Shown: positions 9,583-18,014, counted from the stretch's first letter. The stretch: 32,000 nucleotides of DNA from Phycisphaera mikurensis NBRC 102666 (GCF_000284115.1 NC_017080.1:2700001-2732000); one strand, 5' to 3'. Notes: generated by a model not told the origin, from the sequence alone. Made by a program: numbers and translations.

Positions 9583-9742
9583 AAGCGAAGAAGCGAAGAA
9601 GTGCGGAAGCGAAGAAGTCAGCAGGGCCTTGCGCCCGGAGACGGCGGCGGCTCCGCCACCTGATGCTTCTGCTCGTCGTCTGACTCCATCACTTCTTCAC
9701 TTCTTCGCTTCTCCGCTTCTCTGCTTCTCCGCTTCTTCGCTT
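9583..9742. repeat. Octamer-phased palindromic intercistronic element, copy A (between flhB stop and flhA start)
   Basis: Left arm 9583-9622 is 5 phased units: AAGCGAAG AAGCGAAG AAGTGCGG AAGCGAAG AAGTCAGC. Right arm 9687-9742 is 7 phased units: catcactt cttcactt cttcgctt ctccgctt ctctgctt ctccgctt cttcgctt. By my hand alignment the arms are about 33/40 complementary, with a GC-rich core of roughly 55-60 nt between them. Confidence 0.85.
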
Positions 9743-9777
9743 GCTCCACAACGTCCCTCGAACAACGACGCCTCGCC

Positions 9778-10848
9778 CTACGCCGCCCGCCCCTCGAGCC
9801 GATACACGTACGCCAACAACTCCGCCACCGCCGCGTAATGCTCCACCGGGACCTCGCCGTTCACGTCGACCTCGGCGTACAACGCCCGCGCCAGCGGCTT
9901 CCGCTCGATCAGCGGGATGCCGCTGAGCGTCGCCAGGCGGCGGATCTGCATCGCCATCACGTCCGCCCCCTTGGCCAGCACCACGGGGGCGGCCATGGTC
10001 GCGCTGTCGTACTTGAGCGCGACGGCCAGGTGCGTCGGGTTGGTGATGACCAGGTCGGCTTGGGGAACCGCCTGGGAAACCCGCTGCATCGCCAGCTGCC
10101 GGGCGATCCGCAGGCGGCGGCCGCGGATCTCCGGGTCGCCGGACATGTCCTTGCTCTCCTGCTTGACCTCCTGCTTGGTCATCTTCAGGTCGTTGCGGTG
10201 CTGGTGCTTCTGCCAGGCGTAGTCGGCGAAGCCCAGCACCATCAGCAGCACGGCGAGGATGATCGCCAGCTCGAAGATCATCCAGCCCGCCAGCGGCAGG
10301 CCGACCACCGGCTCGAGCTCCGCGAGCTTCACCAGCTGCGGCAGGTGATCCCAGATGTAGAAGTAGCCCAGCGCCCCGAGCAGGCCGAGCTTCGCCAGCG
10401 ACTGCGCCAGCCGCCCCATGGCCCGCGGGTCCACGAGCCGCTTCGCCCCGGCCAGCGGGTTGAGCTTCGAGGGCTTGGGCTGCAGCGGCTTGCCGGTGAG
10501 CAGGAAGCCCGTCTGACCGAGCGAGCCGACGAGCGAAGCCAGCACCATCACGCCGAGCACCGGCAGCATCGCGCGGCCGAGAAGGTCAATCGCCGCCGCG
10601 ACCGTCTCCCCCGCCTGGTCCACCCGCGTCGGGTTGGCCGCGGTGGCGTGGCCCAAGAACAGCTCCATCGCGTGCCGGAACGAGAGCACCAGCCGATCGC
10701 TCAGGAAGAACAGCATCAGCATCGCCACCAGCAGGCCGACCGCGGCCGAGAGGTCGGTGCTGCGGGCGACGTTGCCGTCCTCGCGAGCCTTGGCGAGCCG
10801 CTTCGCCGATGGCGCCTCGGTCTTGTCTTCCTTGGGGGTGTCGGCCAT
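9778..10848 (-). CDS. flhB: Flagellar type III export switch protein FlhB
   Basis: 356 aa, ATG start. It has MADTPKEDKTEAPSAKRLAKAREDGNVARSTDL (the canonical FlhB N-terminus), four TM segments, and the autocleavage motif NPTH in VITNPTHLAVALKY. Confidence 0.95.
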   Translation of the reverse strand: MADTPKEDKTEAPSAKRLAKAREDGNVARSTDLSAAVGLLVAMLMLFFLSDRLVLSFRHAMELFLGHATAANPTRVDQAGETVAAAIDLLGRAMLPVLGVMVLASLVGSLGQTGFLLTGKPLQPKPSKLNPLAGAKRLVDPRAMGRLAQSLAKLGLLGALGYFYIWDHLPQLVKLAELEPVVGLPLAGWMIFELAIILAVLLMVLGFADYAWQKHQHRNDLKMTKQEVKQESKDMSGDPEIRGRRLRIARQLAMQRVSQAVPQADLVITNPTHLAVALKYDSATMAAPVVLAKGADVMAMQIRRLATLSGIPLIERKPLARALYAEVDVNGEVPVEHYAAVAELLAYVYRLEGRAA

Positions 10849-11127
10849 CCGTGGCCCTCCTGATCGGTTGTCGGCGAGGTCCGCCGGCGTCCTGCCCGCG
10901 GCCGCGCATCATCGGCCGCCCGGCCGCCACCGCGCCAATCCGGCGCGGTCGTTACGGAGCGGCGACGGTCGACAGGCGGCTTCGGCGAGCGGGGACCCGC
11001 TCTTCGAGGCGTCGGCGTCGCCCGCCTTCGAGATGGTGCCCGGGGCCTCCCGATGCGTGCGGGCCCGGGCGCGAAGCAACCGGACGGCGCGTCGTGATCG
11101 GCTCCGGCAAGGCGGCGGCGCTTCCGC

Positions 11128-12063
11128 TTAGAGCCCCAGCGCCGCGGCCATCGTCGAGCCCAGGTCGGCGGGGCTCTCCGCGACCGAGCAGCCGGCGGCC
11201 CGCAGCGCGTCGAGCTTGCTCTCGGCGCCGCCCTCGCCGCCGGAGATGATCGCGCCGGCGTGGCCCATGCGGCGGCCGGGGGGGGCCGTGCGGCCGGCGA
11301 TGAAGGCGGTGACGGGCTTGGTGACGCTCTTCTTGATGAAGGCGGCGGCGGTCTCCTCGTCGGTGCCGCCGATCTCGCCGATCATCACGATGCCGTCGGT
11401 CTGCTCGTCCTCCTGGAACATGCCCAGCAGGTCGACGAAGTTGAGGCCGCGGACCGGGTCGCCGCCGATGCCGACGCAGGTGGATTGGCCGAGGCCCCGG
11501 TTGGCGGTCTGCCACACGGCCTCGTAGGTGAGGGTGCCGGAACGCGAGATGATGCCGACGGCTTTGCCCGTGGGGGCCTTTTCTGCGGGCACGTGGATGT
11601 AGCCGGGCATGATCCCGATCTTGCAGCCCGCCTCCTCCGAGCCGGGCTTCGCTCCGTCGACGCCGGGCGTGATCACGCCGGGACAGTTGGGCCCGAGCAG
11701 CGTGCAGTGGGGGAATTTCGCGGCGAGCGTGGCCTTCACCCGCATCATGTCCAGCACGGGCACGTGCTCGGTGATGCAGATGGCCAGCGTGATGCCGGCG
11801 TCGGCGGCCTCCAGGATCGCGTCGGCCGCGAACGGCGGCGGGACGAAGATCATCGACGCGGTGGCTCCGGTCTCCTCGACGGCCTTGGCGACCGTGTCGA
11901 AGACGGGCAGGCCGTTCTCGTCCTCGAGGCCGCCCTTGCCCGGGGTCACGCCGCCCACCATCTGCGTGCCGTACGCCAGGCACTTGGTGGTGTGGAACTG
12001 CCCGGCGGAACCGGTGATTCCCTGGGTGATGACACGGGTGTTTCGGTCGACGAGGATTGGCAT
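11128..12063 (-). CDS. sucD: Succinyl-CoA synthetase (ADP-forming) alpha subunit
   Basis: 311 aa, ATG start. Motifs: [45 protein letters not shown], and the phosphohistidine loop [11 protein letters not shown]. No sucC lies upstream in this window. Confidence 0.9.
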   Translation of the reverse strand: MPILVDRNTRVITQGITGSAGQFHTTKCLAYGTQMVGGVTPGKGGLEDENGLPVFDTVAKAVEETGATASMIFVPPPFAADAILEAADAGITLAICITEHVPVLDMMRVKATLAAKFPHCTLLGPNCPGVITPGVDGAKPGSEEAGCKIGIMPGYIHVPAEKAPTGKAVGIISRSGTLTYEAVWQTANRGLGQSTCVGIGGDPVRGLNFVDLLGMFQEDEQTDGIVMIGEIGGTDEETAAAFIKKSVTKPVTAFIAGRTAPPGRRMGHAGAIISGGEGGAESKLDALRAAGCSVAESPADLGSTMAAALGL

Positions 12064-12079
12064 GGGCGGACGATACCGG

Positions 12080-12233
12080 GGGCGGGGAAGCGGAGAAGCG
12101 AAGAAGCGGGGAAGCGGGGAAGCGAAGAAGTCAGACAGGCAAGCGCGCGAGACCAGGAGCGGTCGGCGCAGCCGCCGCGCTTCTGCCTGGCTTCCTCACT
12201 TCTTCGCTTCTTCGCTTCCCCGCTTCTTCCCTT
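12080..12233. repeat. Octamer-phased palindromic intercistronic element, copy B (between nuoH stop and sucD start)
   Basis: Left arm 12088-12135: AAGCGGAG AAGCGAAG AAGCGGGG AAGCGGGG AAGCGAAG AAGTCAGA, preceded by a partial unit. Right arm 12186-12233: cctggctt cctcactt cttcgctt cttcgctt ccccgctt cttccctt. The stem continues into the core (caggcaagcgcg / cgcgcttctgcctg). It shares the 15-mer AAGCGAAGAAGTCAG with copy A (12120-12134 vs 9607-9621). Confidence 0.85.
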
Positions 12234-12256
12234 GATCCGCAGAGCGGATGCCCCGC

Positions 12257-13612
12257 TCACGCCGGGCTGAACCGACTTCCCACCAGCGGCACCTTCCGGT
12301 TCACCTCCGGCCCCGCAGGCAGCAGCGGGCTGAGGAGCAGGGCTCCGGCGACCACGGCAACGTTGGCCAGCGTGAACATCCACCAAGCCGTCAGCCCGGC
12401 CCAAACCATCACGCCGACGACCAGCAGCATCACCAGCACCAGCGGGATCATGCCGCGCCAAGCCAGCCGCATCAGCTGATCGAAGCGGAAACGCGGGAGC
12501 GTCCAGCGGACCCACATCATCACGAAGAGCACCAGCGCCACCTTGGCCATGAACACGCCCATCTTCAGGCTCACGACGAGGATCCCCTCCAGCCAGCCCT
12601 CGGCGACGCTTGGAAAGGCGTGGAGGAAGGGCAGCTCCCAGCCGCCAAAGAACATCAGCACGACGAACGCCGAGCCGGTGATCATGTGGATGTATTCGCC
12701 CAGGAAGAAGAGCGCCCACTTCATCGAGGAGTACTCGGTGTGGAAGCCGCCGACGAGCTCCTGCTCGGCCTCGGCGAGGTCGAAGGGGGCCCGGTTGCAC
12801 TCGGCGAGCACGCACACGAAGAAGATGGCCGCCAGCAGCGGGTGCATCAGCACGCCCCAGACCTCGCCGAGCCCGAACCAGCCGGCGGAGATCTGGCCCT
12901 GGACCATCGCCTCGGTGTCGGCGGTGCGGTACATCAGGATCATGATCAGCACGCAGACGCCCATGGGGATCTCGTAGCTGAGCATCTGGGCCGTCGCCCG
13001 GAGGCCGCCGAGGAAGGCGAACTTGTTGTTGCTGGAGAAACCCGCGAGCACCACCCCGTACACGGCGAGCGAGCTGACGGCGAGCAGATAGATGACGCCG
13101 ATCGAGATCGGCAGCACCGCGACGCGGGCCGCGTCGACCAGGCCGGTCACCGGGTCCACCGGCGAAGGGGCGACGAGGTCGATCCCGAAGAGGTGGATGC
13201 CCGGGAAGGCCCACATCCCGCCCCAGGGGATCACCGCCCAGCCGATCATCGCGGGGATCACCGCGAGCACGGGCGCGAGCAGGAACAGCCGCAGGTCGAC
13301 AAAGGGCGGGGTGTAATCCTCCTTCACGAAGAGCTTGAGGCCGTCGGCGAGGGCCTGGCCCAGGCCGAAGGCCTTCTTCCGGGCGAGGAAGCGGAAACCG
13401 GGGATCGAGCGGACGATCCTGCCCAGCGTCGGGTAGATCTCCAGCAGGTCGGACTGGCCGAAGGAGAAGTCGGTGCGGTTGGGGCCGATCCGGTCCTGCG
13501 CCCACGCGGCGACCTTGCGCTCCAGGAGGATGAGGTAGGCCGTCGCCCCCAGGATCACCGGGAGAAGCGACAGGGCCACGACGATCGACAGGAAGGCCTG
13601 CGCGCTGAGCAT
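12257..13612 (-). CDS. nuoH: NADH-quinone oxidoreductase (complex I) subunit H
   Basis: 451 aa, ATG start. Motifs: LLERKVAAWAQDRIGPNR, GLGQALADGLKLFVKED, FSSNNKFAFLGGLRATAQMLSYEIPMG and NRAPFDLAEAEQELVGGFHTEYS. It carries about 35 extra residues after GPNR and is longer than typical NuoH. No other nuo genes are adjacent. Confidence 0.9.
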   Translation of the reverse strand: MLSAQAFLSIVVALSLLPVILGATAYLILLERKVAAWAQDRIGPNRTDFSFGQSDLLEIYPTLGRIVRSIPGFRFLARKKAFGLGQALADGLKLFVKEDYTPPFVDLRLFLLAPVLAVIPAMIGWAVIPWGGMWAFPGIHLFGIDLVAPSPVDPVTGLVDAARVAVLPISIGVIYLLAVSSLAVYGVVLAGFSSNNKFAFLGGLRATAQMLSYEIPMGVCVLIMILMYRTADTEAMVQGQISAGWFGLGEVWGVLMHPLLAAIFFVCVLAECNRAPFDLAEAEQELVGGFHTEYSSMKWALFFLGEYIHMITGSAFVVLMFFGGWELPFLHAFPSVAEGWLEGILVVSLKMGVFMAKVALVLFVMMWVRWTLPRFRFDQLMRLAWRGMIPLVLVMLLVVGVMVWAGLTAWWMFTLANVAVVAGALLLSPLLPAGPEVNRKVPLVGSRFSPA

Positions 13613-13737
13613 CGGCGGACTCTACCGGCACCGCCCGCGGCCCGGGCTCCGGGTCCTGGAGACCGCGGGGGACGGCCGCCGGCCGGCCCCGCCGCCCCCG
13701 GCGGAGCCCGAAACGGCCGATAGGCTCGGCAACCGCC

Positions 13738-15477
13738 TTGGAAGCCGCTCCTCCCAGCCCGAAACGCGAAGAATCCGCCGCTTCGAAGCGGAAACGGCGG
13801 GAAGAGCGGCGGGCGGTGCGGCTCCACGAGCCCGCCGAGCGGTCGCTCAAGGAGACGCTGGAGTCGGTCGTCGTCGCCTTCATCCTCGCGTTCACGTTCC
13901 GCGTGTACGTGACGGAGGCCTACATCATCCCCACCGGGTCGATGGCGCCGACGCTGCTCGGGAGCCACGTGGAGGCCGATTGCCCCGCGTGCGGCTTCCG
14001 CCTGGTGGCGGACGCGGCGCCCCTGCTCGAGCACGCCGTCGACGAAGCCCGCTGCCCGATGTGCTTCCTGGAGGTGCCGCTGGCCGAAGCGCCCGGCCTG
14101 CCGCCGGCGGTCCGCGCCGGCGACCGCATCCTCGTCCAGAAGCATCTCGGCCGCTTCGAGTCGCCGCGGCGGTACGACGTGCTCGTCTTCAAGAACCCGC
14201 AAAACCCCTTCGGCGGCGGGCAGAACTTCATCAAACGCCTGACCGGGTTGCCGGGCGAGCGGCTGATGCTGCTCGACGGCAACGTCTACGTCGCCGACGA
14301 GCCGGAGGAGGCGGGCGTCCCCGACGAGCGGCTGCGCTGGCGGATCGCCCGCAAGACCGACGAGAAAGCCAATCCACGGGCCGAGGCGATCCAGCGCGCG
14401 GTGTTCCAGCCCGTGTGGCACAGCCGCCACTGGCCCGGGGACGGCGGCACGAGCGGCGGCGTCACCCGCTGGGCGTGCCCCTGGGTCCCGCGGAGCGGCC
14501 GGTGGGAACGCGCGGCGGGCCGCTTCCGGCCGCTCGCGGACCCGCCGGCGGCGAGCACGCCCGCGTTCACGCTCGGCTTCGACTTCACCCCCGTCGCCGG
14601 CCGGCCCGGCTACCTGCGGCCCGACGCGATCTACCCGTACAACCAGCTCGGCTACGGCCCCGGCGACCTCGACGTCTTCGAGGACTTCCGCGTCGCGATG
14701 ACGCTGGAGCCCGCCGAAGCCGCGGACCGCGGCGGCTTTGGCCCGTTCGAAGCGACGGTCCGCGGGACGGCCCGGCTGGCGGCGGGCGTGGCGGACGTGC
14801 GCGTCCGCTTCGCGGAAGAGCACGTCTGGCTCGAGAGCCGGCCGGCGGGAACCGACGCGGCGTGGACCCGCCTCGCGGCCGCCGGCGCGGGCGTGGGGCT
14901 CCCGCCGCTGGCCAAGCGGCCTCGCCTGGAGTTCTGGTCCGTCGATCAGGAGTTCTCCGCTTGGATCGACGGCGTCCGCGTGCTGCGGTACCGCGTCGAC
15001 GTCGGTTTCGAGGCGCTGCTCACCCGGCCGGGCCCGCCCCGGCCCGCGGAGCAGCGGCTGCGGATCGGGCTGGCCGGACCCGGAGCGACCGCCGCGGCCC
15101 TGGTCGACCTCGACCTCGACCGCGACCTCTTCCACGAGAGCGGGGCCCTGGGCGGCTTCCGCGGCGGCGTGAGCCGCGGGCTCAACGGCCTGGTGCGCCG
15201 GGACCGCGTGGAGCCGGTGCGGCTGGCGGCCGACCGCTTCTTCTTGGTGGGGGACAACAGCCCGCAGAGCGACGACAGCCGCCGCTGGTCCACCGTCGAC
15301 GCCTGGATCCGGGACCGCTACTTCCCCGGCGTGCCGGCGCGGGACGCCGCGGGCCGGGTGCCCGCGGGGCTGCTGATCGGCCGCGCCTTCGCGGTCTACT
15401 ACCCCGCCGCCAAGCCGCTCCGGCCCGGCGGCGCGGCCGTGGTGCCCGACCTCGCGGCCATGCGGTGGATCGACTGA
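13738..15477 (+). CDS. lepB: Signal peptidase I (S26 family), unusually long, with inserted CPxC...CPxC zinc-ribbon-like motif
   Basis: Box B IIPTGSMAPTLLG (Ser nucleophile), box C GDRILVQK, box D FIKRLTGLPGERL (Lys general base), and box E FLVGDNSPQSDDSRRWS. The start is uncertain: TTG at 13738 per the track, or an in-frame GTG at 13816 as an alternative. Confidence 0.85.
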   Translation: MEAAPPSPKREESAASKRKRREERRAVRLHEPAERSLKETLESVVVAFILAFTFRVYVTEAYIIPTGSMAPTLLGSHVEADCPACGFRLVADAAPLLEHAVDEARCPMCFLEVPLAEAPGLPPAVRAGDRILVQKHLGRFESPRRYDVLVFKNPQNPFGGGQNFIKRLTGLPGERLMLLDGNVYVADEPEEAGVPDERLRWRIARKTDEKANPRAEAIQRAVFQPVWHSRHWPGDGGTSGGVTRWACPWVPRSGRWERAAGRFRPLADPPAASTPAFTLGFDFTPVAGRPGYLRPDAIYPYNQLGYGPGDLDVFEDFRVAMTLEPAEAADRGGFGPFEATVRGTARLAAGVADVRVRFAEEHVWLESRPAGTDAAWTRLAAAGAGVGLPPLAKRPRLEFWSVDQEFSAWIDGVRVLRYRVDVGFEALLTRPGPPRPAEQRLRIGLAGPGATAAALVDLDLDRDLFHESGALGGFRGGVSRGLNGLVRRDRVEPVRLAADRFFLVGDNSPQSDDSRRWSTVDAWIRDRYFPGVPARDAAGRVPAGLLIGRAFAVYYPAAKPLRPGGAAVVPDLAAMRWID

Positions 15478-15825
15478 CCGGGCACCGTGGAGGAGCCGGC
15501 AGCGGGTTCTTCCACACCGCCGGGCCGGATTCGCCACCCGGGAGACTCACCCGATCCTCACGCTGCCCCCGCGGGCAGACGAGGGGACCACGAGGCGGCG
15601 TCTCCACCTCAAGCTAAGGATATACATGAGTTTACGCTCGTTTTCGCCTCGATCGGGCGCGTGGAACGTTCGAACAGCGTTCAGAAGCGGAGGGTAAGCT
15701 GGGGACTCTGGCAGCGGAGCCCTCCGGCCACGTCCCCACGTTCTGCACACTTCCGTGCAACGAGGCTCGCCGCGTCACCGCAGCAGGCGGCCGCGGCGGC
15801 GGGGCCGTCCCGGTAGGTTGCCCGC

Positions 15826-16437
15826 ATGCCCGCCAGCTCCTCCGCGTCCGCCAGCGTCCGCCGCCACGTCCTCGCCGCCCTCGTCACCAACGAGCCCGGC
15901 GTCCTGGCGCAGGTGGCCGGCATGTTCGCCGCCCGCGGCTTCAACATCGACTCGCTGGTGGTTGGCCGCACCGACAACCCCGAGCTGTCGCGGATGACGA
16001 TCGTGGTCCCCGGGGACGACGCGGTGCTCGAGCAGGTCCGCAAGCAGCTACAGAAGCTCGTTCCCGTGGTGAAGGTGGTGGACTACCACGAGGTTCCCTA
16101 CGTGGAGCGGGACCTGGTGCTGGTGACGGTGGCCACCGGCAAGCCGCGGGAGGACGGGCAGGAGGACGGCCGCGGGGCGACGGAGTACCGCGAGGAGATC
16201 GCCTCGCTGGCCACGCTCTTCCGCGCGAAGGTCGTGGACGTCGCGGCCGACCGGCTCATGATCGAGCTCGCCGGCGAGGAGAGCAAGCTGGAGAACTTCA
16301 TCGAGCTGCTCAAACCCTACGGCATCCTCGAGCTGGCCCGCACCGGCGTCATCGCCATGCCGCGGGGCATGGCGCCCAAGGCACGCGTCGCCGAGGAGAA
16401 GAAGACGGTGGACGCCGCGGACCTGCCGCCGGGCTGA
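15826..16437 (+). CDS. ilvN: Acetolactate synthase (AHAS) small regulatory subunit
   Basis: 203 aa, ATG start. ACT domain HVLAALVTNEPGVLAQVAGMFAARGFNIDSLVVGRTDNPELSRMTIVV, followed by the ALS_ss_C-type region (LMIELAGEESKLENFIELLKPYGILELARTGVIAMPRG). No large subunit is adjacent. Confidence 0.85.
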   Translation: MPASSSASASVRRHVLAALVTNEPGVLAQVAGMFAARGFNIDSLVVGRTDNPELSRMTIVVPGDDAVLEQVRKQLQKLVPVVKVVDYHEVPYVERDLVLVTVATGKPREDGQEDGRGATEYREEIASLATLFRAKVVDVAADRLMIELAGEESKLENFIELLKPYGILELARTGVIAMPRGMAPKARVAEEKKTVDAADLPPG

Positions 16438-16464
16438 GCCGCGGGCGAGCCCAACGGCGGCGTG

Positions 16465-16905
16465 TCAATCCGCCTCGAGCGCCAGGATCTTCTCCAGCCG
16501 CTTCTCGTGCCGCCCCCCGGCGAAGGGCGTCTCGAGGAAGGTGGTGACGATGCGCTCGAGCAAGCGCGGGCCCAGCAGGTCGGCGGCGAGGCAGAGGACG
16601 TTGACGTCCAGGTAGCCCCGCGCGGTCTCGGCGGCGATCTCGTCCTGCGCCTGAGCGGCCCGGATCCCGCGGAGCTTGTTCGCGGCGAGGCAGCTGCCCA
16701 TGCCGGTGCCGCAGAGCAGCACGCCCCGCTCCGCGTCCCCGCTGAGCACGCTGCGGCAGACCGCGATCGCCATGTCCGGGTAGTCGCAGACGTCGCCCCC
16801 GCAATCCGCGATGACGGCCACCGCGATGCCCCGCTGCTCGAAGAGCGGCAGCAGCTGCTGCAGCGCGTCGTGCCCGCGGTGGTCGGCGCCGATCGACACC
16901 CTCAC
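16465..16905 (-). CDS. rpiB: Ribose-5-phosphate isomerase B (RpiB/LacA/LacB family)
   Basis: Only the last 146 codons of the 384-aa track ORF look real: VRVSIGADHRGHDALQQLL...GVLLCGTGMGSCLAANKLRGIRAA...NVLCLAADLLG...TPFAGGRHEKRLEKI. The GTG start (complement of 16903-16905) overlaps the TGA stop of the upstream gene as GTGA, which suggests translational coupling. Confidence 0.85.
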   Translation of the reverse strand: MRVSIGADHRGHDALQQLLPLFEQRGIAVAVIADCGGDVCDYPDMAIAVCRSVLSGDAERGVLLCGTGMGSCLAANKLRGIRAAQAQDEIAAETARGYLDVNVLCLAADLLGPRLLERIVTTFLETPFAGGRHEKRLEKILALEAD

Positions 16906-18014
16906 GGCGCCAGCTCCGCGAGGCGCCGGCCGACGGCGGCGCGGATCTGGTCCGCGGCGCGGCGGTAGTCCTCGGCGTCCCCGCCGATCGGGTCGCTCAC
17001 GTCTGCGCCGGGATCGAGCCGGCTGGCCTTCGACGCCGCGTCGGGGAAGCGCGACACGAGCAGGTCGAGGTGGTCGGCCGTCAGCGTGTAGATCACGTCG
17101 GCATCGACCACCGCCTGCGCCGTCAGCGCGTGGCTGCGGTGATCGGCCAGCCCGCCGCCGGCGCCGGCCGCCTCCGCGACGGCCTCGGGGCTGGCGGCGT
17201 ACCCGTCGACGGCGCTGACGCCCGCGGAGGACACGGTCACGCCCCCGCCGCCATCGGCGACCGCCTGCCGGGCGAACGCTTCGGCCATGGGCGAGCGGCA
17301 GGTGTTGCCGGTGCAGACGAACAGGATGTGGAGTCGGTTGAGGCGTTCCACGATGCGCGGAGCATAAACCCCGGCCCGGAGCACGCTCGCCCGCAGGCGG
17401 CCGCGGCTCCCGTCCGCCCGCTTCGGCCGGAACAGCCGCACCGCCGTGGACCCGCGGCCGAAGCGGGCGGGGCCGCCGAGCACCACCAGGTCGGCCCCGA
17501 CCGGTGGCCGCTCCCGCGGATCGACCACCTGCCGGCCGGCCGCGTCCACGGCAGGCAGCGCCACCACCGGCCCGCCCGCCGCGGCGACCGCCCGCCGCGT
17601 GACCCGCGGTTCGGGGCACCGCACCGCCACGCGGCCGCCGCGGGCGAACACGCCCCGGGCGGCCTCATCGGGCGCCCGCGACGCCAGCGACGCCGCGTCC
17701 GCGTCGAGCGTGACCGCGTACGCCCCGGGCATCGCCCGCCGCAGGAAGCGGCCGACCGCCGGGTCGGCGGGCGCAAGCGACGCCGCCGCCGCCGCGTCGG
17801 GCACCTGCAGGGCGAGCGCCTGCCCGTCGACCAGCCCACGCTCCCGCCGCACCCGGGCCACGGCGTCGGGCCGATCGGCCCGGAGAAAGAGCCCGTAGAC
17901 GGTTTCGGTCGGCAGGACCACCGCCTCCCCGCGATCGAGCGCAGCGGCCGCGACCGCCGGAGCGTCCGAGCGGTCGGCTTCGATCTCGGCGGTTGGGGTC
18001 AGGGCGGCTTCCAC
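16902..18014 (-). CDS. Fusion protein: N-terminal YrdC/Sua5 (TsaC-like, threonylcarbamoyl-AMP synthase family) domain plus C-terminal low-molecular-weight phosphatase (YwlE-like)
   Basis: 370 aa, GTG start. The N-terminal half has the YrdC hallmark VVLPTETVYGLFLRA. The C-terminal half begins ILFVCTGNTCRSPMAEAFARQ (a C-X5-R(S) P-loop, essentially the same motif as in B. subtilis YwlE) and carries the DP-loop VSDPIGG. Confidence 0.75.
   Translation of the reverse strand: MEAALTPTAEIEADRSDAPAVAAAALDRGEAVVLPTETVYGLFLRADRPDAVARVRRERGLVDGQALALQVPDAAAAASLAPADPAVGRFLRRAMPGAYAVTLDADAASLASRAPDEAARGVFARGGRVAVRCPEPRVTRRAVAAAGGPVVALPAVDAAGRQVVDPRERPPVGADLVVLGGPARFGRGSTAVRLFRPKRADGSRGRLRASVLRAGVYAPRIVERLNRLHILFVCTGNTCRSPMAEAFARQAVADGGGGVTVSSAGVSAVDGYAASPEAVAEAAGAGGGLADHRSHALTAQAVVDADVIYTLTADHLDLLVSRFPDAASKASRLDPGADVSDPIGGDAEDYRRAADQIRAAVGRRLAELAP

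Noticed and set aside
13766-13800. Perfect 14-nt palindrome ccgcttcgaagcgg (13778-13791), flanked by gcgaagaa-like units, as a possible fourth degenerate copy of the octamer element
   Set aside because: It contains only one or two recognisable units per side and no core. It lies inside a plausible Lys/Arg/Glu-rich cytoplasmic N-terminus of LepB. It is worth remembering only because it bears on the choice of lepB start (TTG 13738 versus GTG 13816).
16906-17619. N-terminal 238 codons of the 384-aa minus ORF containing rpiB
   Set aside because: This part is Arg/Gly-rich junk overlapping the YrdC-phosphatase fusion gene in another frame. RpiB homology starts only at VRVSIGADHRG, with a GTG overlapping the upstream stop.
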